Below, piece after piece: positions 37,501 through 52,083 of a stretch of 64,000 bases of DNA (position 1 is the first letter of the stretch; each line of letters begins with the position of its first letter). Under the pieces are notes generated by a model. That model did no database searches. It was given only the letters and a program-made list of their open reading frames with translations, and was not told where the DNA came from. The position numbers were made by a program, and so were the translations under genes. Source of the stretch: Lytechinus pictus (lineage: Eukaryota); NCBI RefSeq assembly GCF_037042905.1, contig NC_087251.1:14014001-14078000 (forward strand). The letters are read 5' to 3'.

Positions 37501-39906
37501 TGATATCTCTCCTAAAAAGTGGTGGGGGGGGGAAACAATTTATTTTTTATCGTCATTTTATATTACACACACACAGGTGCGCGCGCAAGGGCACCCCCAC
37601 ACACACACACTCACACACACCCATATCTAGGGACATTTGTCCTGAAAATTGAACATTTTGTTAAATGACTGTGATCGTATGTAACAAATTATTACTGCGA
37701 GCGCAAGCAGAATTTTATAATATTGGTTACGGCTTGATCAAAAAGGGACCTATTATAAGGACTTGTTTGCATTTACCCATGAAGACGATACATATTTCAA
37801 CAATCAAATAAGGCGAGCGCGAAGCGCGAGCTGAAAATCTTTGACATTCCGACCTAAAAACTAGACATTCTAAGCACTTTTGTAATCATGAACAGGATAG
37901 GTATTCAACTATTCAAATTGAGATATAAAAACAGGGCACTCTACTCATGTTTTGTAAATCAGGAAAAAGATGGGTAATTCGGTATCTTCCTACATTGATG
38001 ATGTGAGCGCGAAGCGCAAGCAGAAAATTTTTGATATTCTGATCTGAAATTTTACAATTCAAGCACGTTTTTATTAAAAAACAAGCTGCATATCCGAATA
38101 AACCTTTGTGTGTGTGTTTAAATTTAGACATAGAATATGGGCATTCTAAATACATTTTTCTATCATGAAAATCAATAATCCGAGCGCGAGTCGCGAGATG
38201 AAAATGTTTGATATTCCGATCTGAAAAGGGGTAAATTAAGCACTATTTCAAGCACTGGGGAGGAGAATTCTAAGGGGGGTCCTACAAAATCTTCATCTTT
38301 ATTACATTTCTGTCATTTATCATACCTACCAGATTTCCAGGGGGTGCTGCCTATATGGAAAATAATAACACACGCTGCACCACCAAGGAAAAATTTGGGG
38401 ATGCATGGGTAATCCCTGTATCTCTTTTACTGGGACGCACTTTACAGTGCGTATAAAAAAAACGGGACAGTTTGGAACAGTCTATAACAACTTTGTTTCA
38501 AATTATGATATCTATGTTTTGATGTAAATAGATGCTCTGAAATCTTATCTTTCAAATGCAATTTAAAAAAATAAAATTTGTTCATGCTTGAGCGAACACG
38601 GGACGTTTTTGTCGGGGTTTCCAAAAGAGACTTGCGCCAGAATGGCAGAATATGAGTATGATGATCAGACTGTGATTCAGACATCTTGCTAATCAGCAGA
38701 CTTCCTCTTAATCTTTTCATTATCTGTGCCATAATTTTCGAATTATGCTGTTAAATTTAATTTACAAATTTATTTACTTGAATTTTTTTACCTTTGAATT
38801 TTCCTTCGTAAGTAAGAAAAAAAGACTTTTTTGTCAACCCAAGCAAGAAGATTTGCATTATTAATTGGGAAAACTTGTAATTATTCAAATCCTTTTATTA
38901 TGTGAAACAAATTATGTTATGGTACCTTTAAAAGACATGAATCCACTTTTCAAGGGGTTATTGATTCCTTGACCAAGTTTTAATTATCTGCTTGACAGGA
39001 CAAACAGGAAGGGATTCATGTCTTTCAATTGCAATGGTGTACTGAGTCAATTTTGAAGGAGCTAGATATGGCAGGTAGGATAAAATGTATTAAAAAGTTG
39101 TGAGCGAGCGACCTTTTCACTTTTTTATTACAATATCAAATTTTGTGATAGATTCTGACATAATATTAAAAAAATATTATCATATTTTACTTTCTATCTT
39201 TCCTTTTATTTCCTTTCCTTTTTTCTTGGTCATGATTTTTTTAATTGAGGGGGGGGGGCATCCCCGAGCCCCCACCCATCTGTATGGCACTGTTCAAATG
39301 GCACCATAACCTTTGTAGCACACAATGAAAGGATTTGAAGAAAAAAATACACGCTCTCCCATACTTCGGTTGACAAAAAACGTTTTTGCTTGAAGAAGGA
39401 ATATTCAAAGCTAAAAGATAACATGTTAAAAAGAAACAACAACAGAACAATTCAAGCAAATAAATAGATTTGATAATGAATTTCGACCGCATAATTTGAA
39501 AATTATGGCAAAGATAATGAAAGGAAGTCTGCTGATTTGCAAGAAGTCCGATCATCATATTTATCATTTTATGTCATTTTGGCGCAAGCCTCCTTTTTAA
39601 CCCCAGACAAAAACATTCCATGTTCGCTCAAGCATGAACGAAACTAATTTTTTTAATGGCATTTGAAAGATAAGACCTCAGAGCACCTATTAACACCAAA
39701 ATAGAGACATCATGATTTTTTATACGCACTGTATAGTGTATACCTGAGATTTCGATTCCAGTCCCAGCTATGCCATGGAAAGCTCGTGATAGAAACAGGA
39801 CGGTCATTGAGTCAGCAAACCCAATCACTGTAAAAGAATAAATAAAAAGAGAATGATAATAATAATAATTATAATAATGATAATAATTGCAGTGATGATG
39901 CAATAG

Positions 39907-39967
<61 letters not shown>

Positions 39968-42900
39968 GATAATAATAATAGGATTTTCCGGCCATTGATG
40001 TTAACTTTCCTTTCTTTCAAATTCGACGGATTCCGTGCACTCGGGGATATCTCTGCTTTATATAATCCTTTTTCTTGCTTAAAGAATTACGTAGTTTTCT
40101 TTAGAATAAATGGTAGTTTCTTTTTAATCCATGAACAATGCCCTTCTTTTCCGGAGCGGTCATTCTATTCAGCACAAATCGGTATTTGGTTCTCGTGACG
40201 GCATGATTTTATCATTTGATTTAGTTTATAGCAATCAAATTAGCCCAACGTGCATTATAATAATGTGAAATTCTCGTAGCATTGTATAGAAAGAGAATTG
40301 CTATCTCATTTGAGGGGGAATGTTGAATTGTATGTGATTACGAAACATGTTGCTATGTTAGGTGGAAGGGAGATTTCGGGTTAGCTTTCATTCGCGGTCA
40401 TCACACCATACAGGGCAGTAGCATATTTTTCCCTTAAGAATTCTTGAATCACAGAGATTTATAAAACCATATTTTAGCAGGTTAAACAATTTATTTCCGT
40501 TCAAATTACGGAAGTGGTTAATAAAAATGTAGGTTGACCTTGGAGCTAATTTCTTTGTCTGCTCGATCGCCTTAATGGGGTCGGATGGGAATTTCAGAGA
40601 ATTTTCCTTATTAGGTTGAGCTCTGTTTTCGCATATCTCAAGGACCATGATTTTGCTTGTTTATGCAAGCAAAATCTTAGTACAGTTATCAAGTTGAATG
40701 ATAACTCAATTTCTAAAATTCAATATTCTGATTGTTTCATAATTCTAAATATAAATGAAACTCACACGTATAGTCAGGGGCCTTGGGCCCATAATTTGAA
40801 GTTTTGGGGACAGAGTTTACAAAGGCACCAAACTTTCCCTATGTCACTATTAGGTCAATAGCTTCATTTTTCCCACAGAACATGGTGTTGAAGATTGCAT
40901 CTTCATGCAAAAATATGCTAGTTTATGTAAATTAGCAGTAATTTATGCATGACGCCATATGCCTATAGGAATCAATTAATAAAAGTTAATAAAAGATACC
41001 AAACTTTAGGAAAGTCTCTATCAGGTCAATAGGTTTAATTTTTCCCACAGAACATAGTGTTGAAAAGTGCATCTTCATGCAAAAATTGGCTAATTTATGT
41101 AAATTAGCAGTAATGCATGAAGCCATATGCCAATAGGAATTAATTAATAAAAGTAAATAAAGAGATACCAAACTTTAGGAAAGTCTCTTTCAGGTCAATA
41201 GCTTTAAACTTCCTTATCAAACATGATATTGAACATTGTGTCTTCATGCAAAAATATGTTGATTTATTAAATTAGCAGTTAATTTATGCATGAATAGTAA
41301 AAATTAGTAAAAAGGAATAAAAAGAAACCAAACTTAAAGAAAATCTCTATCATATCGATATCTTTAATTTTCCCTGTCAAACGTGCTATTGAAAATCCCG
41401 TCTTCATGCAAAATGTGCTAATTTATGTAAATTAGAAACTATTTTATACATGTATGTATAAATTAGTTGGTATTAACAGTGGAAAAGGGGCCAATCATTT
41501 GAAGTACCTCTATCAGCTCAAAAGCTTCAATTTTACCAGCAAAACATGCTATTGAAAATCATGTTTCCATGCAAAAGTTTGTTATATTATGTAAATTAAC
41601 AATAATGTATGTATGAAGCTGTATTCCAATGACTAAGCAAATATTACAGTGAAAAGAGGCCGAAATATGGAACAAAACCTGCATCTTTCCCACAAAATAT
41701 GTATGCTATTGATAACAAATTCATTTAAAAACATATGTTTTTTTGCTAATTATGATATGCTAATTATTTCTGCTAATGGAAATAATTATGCATAAATAGT
41801 AAGTGCTACTTATTGAAGCAAATTTGATGCAAATTCATCTTACGGGTAACAGAACCCTCTTTGAACGGGTGTCCATTTTAAATCCTGTCCCCCATTCTCA
41901 CTCCCTACACACTGGCATAAATCCTGTCAGATTTTCAAAACTTCAAAACTTTGGAGACACCCCACACCAAAGGCTTTTAATACGGAGGTATATAGCCATG
42001 TACTATCTTTCAGTTAAAGTCTGATTTTCTCAATAGCTATAAAGTATATATGGATCACAGTTAAGCAAATCTTCAGGCGTTGGAAAACAAAATGGTGTCC
42101 AAAAATCTCTTTCAAGTTGTGTAATAATCACATCATGGGCAATGTATACGAAGGCACATTTTATAAATCTGGACATTATTACTATCTCCTTTCGGTTAGA
42201 GGCCTATCCTATATTGTAATTAATTTGTTGGGATGTAAAGTAACGATTTTCAGTAAATATCCAAATCTGCAGCTTCACCGTGAGGAGGGATTGTCACTGG
42301 CGTAAATCCCGGGGGGATTGGGGGGATATATCCCCCACTTTTCAAAGAGGGGGGATGGCCTTTACAAACATCCCCCACTTTTTACGAAAGAAATGAAAAG
42401 AAAATCACAAGAGATCATTGTTTTATTGGTGAAAATTCTTCCTAAAATACCGCTTAACAAATAAAACAATATTATTGAATCATAAAATGCAAATAAAGAG
42501 CCTGTTCAAAACTTTGGAGACACCCCACACCAAAGGCTTTTAATACGGAGGTATATAGCCATGTACTATCTTTCAGTTAAAGTCTGATTTTCTCAATAGC
42601 TATAAAGTATATATGGATCACAGTTAAGCAAATCTTCAGGCGTTGGACAACAAAATGGTGTCCAAAAATCTCTTTCAAGTTGTGTAATAATCACATCATG
42701 GGCAATGTATACGAAGGCACATTTTATAAATCTGGACATTATTACTATCTCCTTTCGGTTAGAGGCCTATCCTATATTGTAATTAATTTGTTGGGATGTA
42801 AAGTAACGATTTTCAGTAAATATCCAAATCTGCAGCTTCACCGTGAGGAGGGATTGTCACTGGCGTAAATCCCGGGGGGATTGGGGGGATATATCCCCCA

Positions 42901-45900
42901 CTTTTCAAAGAGGGGGGATGGCCTTTACAAACATCCCCCACTTTTTACGAAAGAAATGAAAAGAAAATCACAAGAGATCATTGTTTTATTGGTGAAAATT
43001 CTTCCTAAAATACCGCTTAACAAATAAAACAATATTATTGAATCATAAAATGCAAATAAAGAGCCTGTTCACCATTTCCAAACGAAATCCTTATGTCCTT
43101 AGTATAACATTGAAAAGAAACCCCCGTTTCTTCCAATTCAGCAATGTTGGGGTCTTTGGGAAGGGATTAAGATGGAATGTAAAAAAAGGAGTTTACGCGC
43201 GTATTCGCATTCCGATCATGCGTTTTACCGCGCGAGGCTGTTGTAATGAGTTTGATGTAATGCATGTATGTTAGTTTGACTTCATTAAACTTGACAACTC
43301 GTAATAGGAATATAGTTTTGGCATCATGTCCCAGTCCGGTTCAAAACGACGTATATTGAGCAAAATAAAGAGGATCCACAGGAAGATATGGCAGAAAATG
43401 TCTCAAATGAGTCTACAACTGCAAGTAAAGAAGAAGCCTCAACCTCCGAACCTAGCAGCGACCAACATGACCAGCAAGACCAACAAAGTGTACCTGTGAT
43501 TGTGAATGTCTTGCATCTTATTATTGTTATTATTTATAGCATTATTATTACTCTCTATCACTATTATTCTTTTAACTATCATAATTATTATTTTTGTTAT
43601 TATTATCATAGGCCCTACTTATTATTATTATTATTATCATTATTATTATTATCATATTATTATCATTATTATTATTATTATTAATGTTATCATCATTATA
43701 TAATTATTATTATTATTATCATTATTATGAATAGGGAATAGTATTATCCCCTTGTTTTGTTTATTGTCCTTTTGTTCTTTCACTGTTGTTATTTTACTAT
43801 TATTACTTTATCGATGAGATTATCCAGCAGTATTATCATGGTGATTATCATGACGTGTTTTGTTTTTTGCCAAAGAATGTACAGATAGACCTGTTATTAA
43901 AGCACCGCTGTCTGAAAGTAGGAAGCTATATCTTGTTTTATATATCGTGTTCATGACTCTCCTTTGATTAATAGTGTAGATTGATGCATCATTTGAATAA
44001 ACTTAGTGATTTGTAAATGTTGATGACATGTGTATATGTGCGTGAGAGAGAGAAAGAGAGAGAGAGAGAGAGTGTGTGTGTGTGTGTGACAGAGTGTGTG
44101 TGAGAGAGAGAGAGAAATATGCGTGATGGGTGTGTGGATATCCGTTAACTTGAAGTGGATGATTTATTCATGAATTCATTTTGAATGTAATCTCTAATAA
44201 AACCATTAAACCATCATGGGGTAAAAAAGATAATAATATTGGAGCGGTATTTGCCATATGGATATATCAATGACAATTCCTTGCATATCTAAAAACATGA
44301 TTGCAAAAAAAAAGAGCCAAAATATTTCAATCACCCCCCCCCCCCCCACCCATCAACACGGATTTACGCCAGTGGGGATTGTAGACCAAGGTATAATTCA
44401 AGCAGCAAGCAACGAGTCTAATCGAGACTATACTTCAACCAGGGTTACACGAGAACCGAATTCTCCCTCATAAATTTGGACTGATTCTTCCCGAATATGG
44501 CCTGATTCGGATGAATTCGGTGGATGCACAACCTATTCGTCTCTGATTCGGGGTGCTGACTGAATTAGAGACGATAAGGTCCGGAATACGTCCCGTATCA
44601 GAGCAGAATCCCCGAGAATTTACCCTAATCAATATTGACTGTCCCGCATAGAGCCGTATGCCAACCCGAACAGTGGCAACAATCGAGCCAAAGGTGGCCA
44701 GAATCCTCTAATTATCGCCATATGACGACCTGAATAACTACCCGAATTGAAACAATTATGCCGAATTCGCCAAGTACGCCACCGAATTTCCCGAAAATAC
44801 GCCAGATTCTTTCGAAATGGGCTATAATTAACCGATTCGGCAGCTATTCGGATGCCATGTTTCTATTTTCTGGCCAATTCGTCTCACTCGTCTATATTCT
44901 TCTCTGTATTCGAGTAATGATTCGTACGATATGGGGAGGCAAGAGTCGGACCTTTACTCTACGACTGATACGAATAGCTCTTAATCTTCCCAGAATACCC
45001 CCAAATGCCTCCCAAAATCCAACCGAATTCCATCGGAATACATCCCGAATGTGGCCCGAATGAAATTTGTCGTAGCCACATTCGGTAGTATTTTGGAGGT
45101 ATTCGGCTGGTTTTGAACATTTTCATAACGAGCCAAATTCCTCCAAAAAGGTTCCCCAATCCCTCCTAAATTTTCCTGCATTCGGGAGGGGAGAGCAGAA
45201 TGCTCCAGAATCCATCCTTATGTGTATTCAAATGGATTTGCAGCTGATTTGGTTCCGGTGTAACCCATGTTTTAAGTAGGCAATCCGTTTCTAGACGACA
45301 AACCAGAATAGGATGCAACTGTGGTAAACACTCTGCAATACATTCAGAGGATAACCAAAGTACAGTAGCAAGAATACATCACGTCAGTCCTGGTTTAAGC
45401 TAGGTTTACACTAAAACGAAATTCTCCCGATTAAATTCGGACTGATTCTGCCCAATTATGGCCTGATTTAGATGGATTAGGGGAGTTCCCCCAAACAGAG
45501 AAGAATGGGTCCAGCATATGTCCCGATTCAGCGCAGAATCGCCAAGAATTGGCCGAATCAATTATGGCCACCCCCAAAAAGCAGAATGCCAACACGAATA
45601 GTGGCAAGAATCGACCCAAGCATGTCCAGAATCCAGCCGACCCGATATCTCTGATTACAGCCGAACGATGGCCTGAATGCGGACCCGAATCAGAACGAAT
45701 GTGCCGAGCTCGGACGGTTCGGGACAGTTATGCCCAGAATGATACAAATAGGTCCGAATCTGCCCAGATAACTCCAAATGGCTCCCCTAATCCAACCGAA
45801 TGTCACCCGAATACAGCCCAAATGTGGCCCGAATGAAATATGTTCTCACATTCGGGAGTATTCTGGAGGATATTCGGCTGGTTTTGAACATTTCAAAATG

Positions 45901-48900
45901 AGCTGAATTCCTCAGCGAATGTTCCCAAATTTTCTCGCATTTACGAAGGCAAAACAGAATATTCCTGAAACCACCCGATTACGTGTATATGGATAGATTC
46001 GCAACTGATTCAGTTCCGTTCTAACCCTATAGCTTTAAGCAAGGGTTGCACCAAAACCAAATTCTCCCGAACAAATTCGGACCAATTCTGCCCAAAATGG
46101 CCTGGATTCGGTACTTATTCGTCTCCGATTCGGGGAGCTCCCGGAATCAATTCGGAAGGATCCGGGACTATTCTGTTCTCCTTCCCCCCATACGAGAACC
46201 CCGGACGAGAACATTCGGGAACATTCGTGGAGGGATTCTGCTTGTCTTGAAATGTTTAAAACCAGCCGAATATCCTCCAAAATACTCCCGAATGTGACCA
46301 CGACAAATTTCATTCGAGCCACATTCGGGATGTATTCGGATGGAATTCGGCTGAATTTGGGGAGGCATGTGGACAATTATTTTGGGAAGTCAATAATGCT
46401 CTGATTCGGGACCTATTCCAGACCGATTTGACTCTGATTCGGTCTGAAATTGATTGGGAGAATTTGGTTTTGGTGTTACCCTAGTTTTAGAGATAGAGAT
46501 CAATTCATAAGCCAATAAAGAAAAATCACTGAAATTATTCAGGTCACCGTCAACAAAGGGACGACAGAAAAAGAAGAAGGATCAGGTTTTTTTGCTCAAA
46601 TCTGATGTGTCCCTGTTCTAAAAAATGTACATAGTTGTCAGAGCGGCAAACATGGACAGCTTTTTCTGACATGAGAACCATCCATATGCCCTCTTCTTTC
46701 TGACAGGGGAAAAACTCTACTTGGGAAAGAAATCTGACCTCTTGAATTGCTTTGAAAGAAAAAGGATAAAATACAGGTTTATCTTTTCCAAATGATTTGT
46801 TTTTTTTAATAGTGAAAGGGTAATGCACAAAATTTATAATTTGCATAAATTTGGATTTGAAACATGATACCCTCCTCTGGTCGCATGGAAAGTCACCATA
46901 ATGAATGAATTGTGTAACAGTGTCTCAAATGCATAGTGTTGTGCTCGTCCCTCGGTTTAAAACCTCGAAATATGATAGTTGATGTGTTTTACACATATTT
47001 GCAGACATTTTGCATAAATTTTCATTAATTAACATTGAAAATTGATTCTTACTCGGGAACTGTACACAAATCAACCTAGTTTGATGCCCGATCAAATAAA
47101 TCCCAAATATCCCCCCCCCCCCAAAAAAAGAAAAGGCTTCTAGAAAAGTTTAGGTCTGTACTATACATTATACAGTAATTTACGGTGAATAGTGTGATTT
47201 TGCATAATTTTGCATAAATTAGCATTATGAAATAGGTTTCCAGTCATTGATATCGAGCATCCTCTCAAGAATTAATGCTTTTGATACCAGTGACACATGT
47301 GGAAAAATAATTGTGCTTTTGACAATTCTATATGTCGAGATATGATAAAATATGTGTTTTTGCATATAATCTGCATAAAATTTGCATAAATTAACCTTAA
47401 GAATTGATTCATACTCACCAATTTTATGAAAATCGATCTGCAGTTGAATATTTAGCAAAAGAAGACCCAAGTACACAAAAAATGGGCATTTGAAAATTAT
47501 TTTTAGTGAGATATGGTGAATTATGAGTTTTTTGCATAAAATTTGCATAAATTAGAATTTTAAAATAGGGTGCCCTTCACCGATTTCGGGGCACCCTATC
47601 TAGAATTAATGCTTTTGATACCAGGGACCCACATGCAAAAAATGGCGCTTTTGTTAATTCTGTTCCCAAAATTTTGCTAAGGCCCCTGACTAGTAATCTG
47701 TCAGTGTAATCGACAAACGACCAAGATCTCAAATATTGATGTTTCATGAATATGCAAGCATTGCATGTTATACATGAGAGCGACCTCAGCATATGTAATT
47801 TGACGATTACTAGTGTAGTCTTCGTAATTCAAATCAGCATGCAAGCTGTGTTAGACGCCAGTTGTTGCACAATGTTTTGAGGTGTAAATATTTTGAGAAA
47901 TGATCGTGTTATTTGTTTTTGAGGTGTCGGTGACCGCACTCTCCCAAGAGTAAAACAATTATTATACAAATTGCTAACAAATATAACAAACAATTTTGTT
48001 TGCTTTTGTTTGTGTGAAGAAGGAGACTGAAATTAGATTTTTGCTTTAAGCGTTCGAGTAAAAAAATGTAACCGGGCTTTCATAAACTCTAATGAATTAT
48101 ATATCATATGAAAGAGAAAAGTATAGTCTTTGTTTTCCATCTAGTTGCAAATTGTTATCAGTCACGCATGAATGATTATACTTCATTAAGTGTGATAATG
48201 CATTTTTTATAATTTTTGTGATCATTGAATGGAAACTCGTAATGCTCCAAAGATCATGACTTATTTCTTATTTTTACGAGAGATGAGATGACATGCTTTT
48301 ATTTCATATAAAATTCAGATCCTTTTCTCCTGTTTTATTTATTTTGACAGGAAATGAAATATTAAAAATGAATCTAATTACACCCCTGTACAAAAGTCAA
48401 TGGGGCAACAGCAGTCATGCATCAATTCGTTTAAATTTGTTTATGAAATCTGTAATACCGACTGAAATATTAAGAACTGTATATCAAATGAAAGCATAAT
48501 TATAATCCCATCTCTCTCTAAAAAAAAGGAAATAAATCATGATCAATGAAGCGTTGCGCGCTATGCTTCAATATTCACTGCCAGGTCTGAAAGTATGCAT
48601 TATTGCATGTAACAATTCAGTCATTCATGCATGACTGATTGTGACCATATTATGTTCTTACTCAATGTGCTATATGTTTCTATAGTCTGTGCAGAATGTG
48701 CATTTATTACTTGAATGATCCCTCCCCCCCCCCAAAAAAAAAAAGAATTCCAATCGATAATCTAAAAGCTAGAAATATGACGCTACGATAATCACTGCTT
48801 ATTTTGAATGTGCACTGGCTCGCTTCTAAATTAAATAAAAGAACACACAAACCTTCTAGTCAGGTTCACTATGTGACTTTTTTAAAGAATAGGCGCTTGC

Positions 48901-51900
48901 TATATAAATTAGGCATAGCTTGAAAAAACAAAGCTTAGCATTGGTTAAGTTTTGACAAGTGAAATCACAACATGGTCAAAGTGCAAACCCTAAATGACCT
49001 ATGACCTTGATCATGTGACTTGAAACTCATGCAAAATGGTCTGTGATAATTAATTACCCATACCCTCTCTAAGCTATGATGATATTTCAAAACTTAAACT
49101 TGTTTAAGATTTCAAGTTGATCCCCAACATGGTCAAAGTTCAGTGACCCGACCTATGTGACCTTTGGCCTTTATCCCGTAACCTGAAACACATGCTAGAT
49201 GATTAGTAAAAGCATGACGCACTGGTTCATCATTTCCCTTACTGCAAAGTATGTTCAGGTCGCCTAATTTGGAATACCTAATTTGGACTTTAATGTGATT
49301 TATAATCTGGAAATAAGTAGAAAAAGACAGAAAATATCATGAAAATGATTTTCTTTCTTCAATAAAGTTGTTGATTTTGATACCAATAGATTCCTTGACC
49401 TCATAAAGGGTGGTTTCGGTGTCAAAATCATGATTCTAGGTTAATCAGAAGCCGAGATATTGTCGAAAACCCTGTTTTTGGCGGGCATTGTGAAAAATCC
49501 AAGATGGCGGCCATATAGGTCACGTTACAAATAGAAATATTGTTATTCTGAATCCTTATATAATAACCTTTCAAAAATGTATAATTTTCAATTTCTCCAA
49601 AAAAATCTGGCGAAATTACATAGCGAAACTGACTATTCGACAAACATCCTACATCCTAAATCTTATGTTAAATTATTTAGCGACAATTTGCACGGCAAAA
49701 CCGATCTACGCTGATTTTATGCCAAAAATATTGATCCAACCTAAAATCGCATGAATTCCGCTGAGAAATCCTATGATAGAGATAAATTATAATAACAAAA
49801 ATATGTTGATTTATCATACAAATATCTATTTTGAAATACTCATAATTATGATTAAAAAGAAAGACAGTAGTGATTATAATAAGAAATAAATATACTGTAT
49901 AAAGTTACTACAGCAAAATATACTGTTCTGGGGCTTACTGTAAATTCTTCATTATCTCATTGATTTATTTGTTTATTTATTCATTTGTTTGTTTTCTTTA
50001 TTTTATACTGCAGAGTAGGCATGTTCAGTTATGCAAAACTGCTTTCCTAACGGCGCCCTGCAGTTTAACAAATAACTCAACATCATAGCATGGACCTGGG
50101 AAGCGGGGGTGCTGCGTGTATTATTTTCTATAGGCAGCACCCCCACGAAATCAGGTTCCCCCTGTATTTTTTTAGATATGTTATTATGTACGTAATTATC
50201 ACATCACAAATCATGTACTACTGTCTTTCACATATTCCAATAATATCCGTCCTAACATGCCTAACGCGACTCAATCAAGCTTCGGCACTCCGATACAGAC
50301 GTGGTCGCGCGCAATACGTGATAACCATACATACTACTCGATAGCAGGGAGGGACATGGGTGTGGATGGATTTGAAACTTCCAAATTTTATGTCGAACCA
50401 AGTGTGCACGCGCATGACCGCCCCGTGTTTTGTATAAACAAGTACAAGTCAGACAACAGAAATCAAATTTCCCATGGCCCTGGGAAGCGGGGGTGCTGCC
50501 GGGTGCTGAAGCACCCGAAATTTTTCCTTGGGGGTACTGCGTGTGTTATTTTCCATAGGCAGCATCTCCTGGAAATCTGGTAGGAATGATAAATGACAGA
50601 AATGTAATGAAAATGAACTACGTTTTGTCGGAATCCCCCCCCCCACTTCAGAATTTTCAGACACAGTACTTGAAATAGTGTTTAAATTCACCCTTTTCAG
50701 ATCGGAATATCAAATATTTTCTGCTCGCACTTGGCGCTCGCATTATTGATTTTATATAAAAAAAATGTATTTAGAATGCCCAGATATACTAGGTCTAAAT
50801 CTAAACAATCGCACTCATGTTTATTCAGAGACGCAGCTTGTTTTGAGGGGTACTGAAAATATATCAAATACATTTTATCAATACATTTTTTTTCAAAATA
50901 AACAAATTTCATTAAAATCAGCTGATAACAAATAGTTAAGTTTTTTTTTTAAAGTTTAGCAATATTTTGTGAAAATGGTGATATGCATGTCGTCACGAAT
51001 ATTTAATAGGTGGGTTAATGATGTCACATCCCCACTATCCTTTTTCTTATGTTATTACATGGAATCAAAATTGTTTTATTTTTTCATACCAGTGTGAATG
51101 ATATGTCTCCCTTCTATTGAAATATGCTGCAGCAAAGAATATCTAATGAACTAAATCAGTTGTCAATTCAATTATTTTTGTCCTTGAAGGGAAAATATTT
51201 AATAAACCTAATTTTATATAATAAATATTAAAGAACAAGTGGAGATATGACATCATCAGTTTGCTCATTGAATATTAATGAAGACATGCCTAAAACTGTT
51301 TTACCGGAATAATGCTGATCTTTGAAATGCTATAACTTTGATATTCCTTGTCTGATTTTGATCAAATAGTCATTCTTTTGTTTGTCTGATTTTTCTTTAT
51401 CTGTTCAAACCATATTGCATTCAGTTTGGAGTACCCCTTTAAACGTGCTTCAATTATTAAAAAAAAAATTCAGATCAGAATATCAAAAAATTTCTGCTCG
51501 CGCTTCGCACTCACATGATTAATGTAGAGAGATATCCAATTACCCATAATTGTTTTGATTTACAAAACAGGAATAGAATGTCCCGTTTTTAGGTCTGAAA
51601 TCTAAATCTTGTTTGCGCTCTCATCAATTGTATAGTTATATACATGTAACTATCCTGTTCATGATAAGAAAAGTGCTTAGAATGTCTCTTTTTTAGGTCT
51701 GAAATCTCAATTTTGTTTCCGCTTGCGCTTCGCGCTCGCATCATTGTTGATATATGTATCGTCTACATGGGTAACTGCAAACAGTCCTTATAACAGGTTC
51801 CTTTCGATCAGGCCAGAGCGTATATTAAAAATATCTGCTTGCGCTGATCGCGCTCGCAGATTTTATTTGTTACATACGCATCTTGTTCAGGACCACAAAC

Positions 51901-52028
51901 ATTGCTCAAAATGTTCAATTTTCAGGACAAAATACATGAAATTCCCAAAAAAGAAATTAGCTCGCGCTTTGCGCTCGAATTATTTAATTATATATCTATG
52001 TTCTTTTCTGAGAAAAAGCTAAGAAGTG

Positions 52029-52083
<55 letters not shown>

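Larger units (their letters stand above)
42828..46757 (+). pseudogene. Fragmented transposase relic (Academ-type), interrupted by four younger elements
   Basis: Joining the pieces gives LHREEGL*TKV*FKQQATSLIETIL / VGNPFLDDKPE*DATVVNTLQYIQRITKVQ*QEYITSVLV / SIHKPIKKN-SLKLFRSP...LKSDVSLF..MYIV...DSFF*HENHPY...KLYLGKKSDLLNCFE, with stops and frameshifts. The family assignment rests on recalled motifs. Confidence 0.65.
40771..47692 (+). mobile_element. Academ-like DNA transposon derivative (6.9 kb including nested insertions)
   Basis: TIR TAGTCAGGGGCCTT extending imperfectly to ~50 bp; 3-bp TSD GTA at 40768-40770 and 47693-47695; subterminal ~180-bp tandem repeats at 40830-41720; internal transposase relic. 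Confidence 0.78.

Noticed and set aside
39850..43730. Hydrophobic, poly-Ile or poly-Tyr ORFs at 39628-40020 and 43388-43703
   Set aside because: They come from (TAA/TGA)n and (TTA)n microsatellites; only the embedded 84-nt exon is supported.
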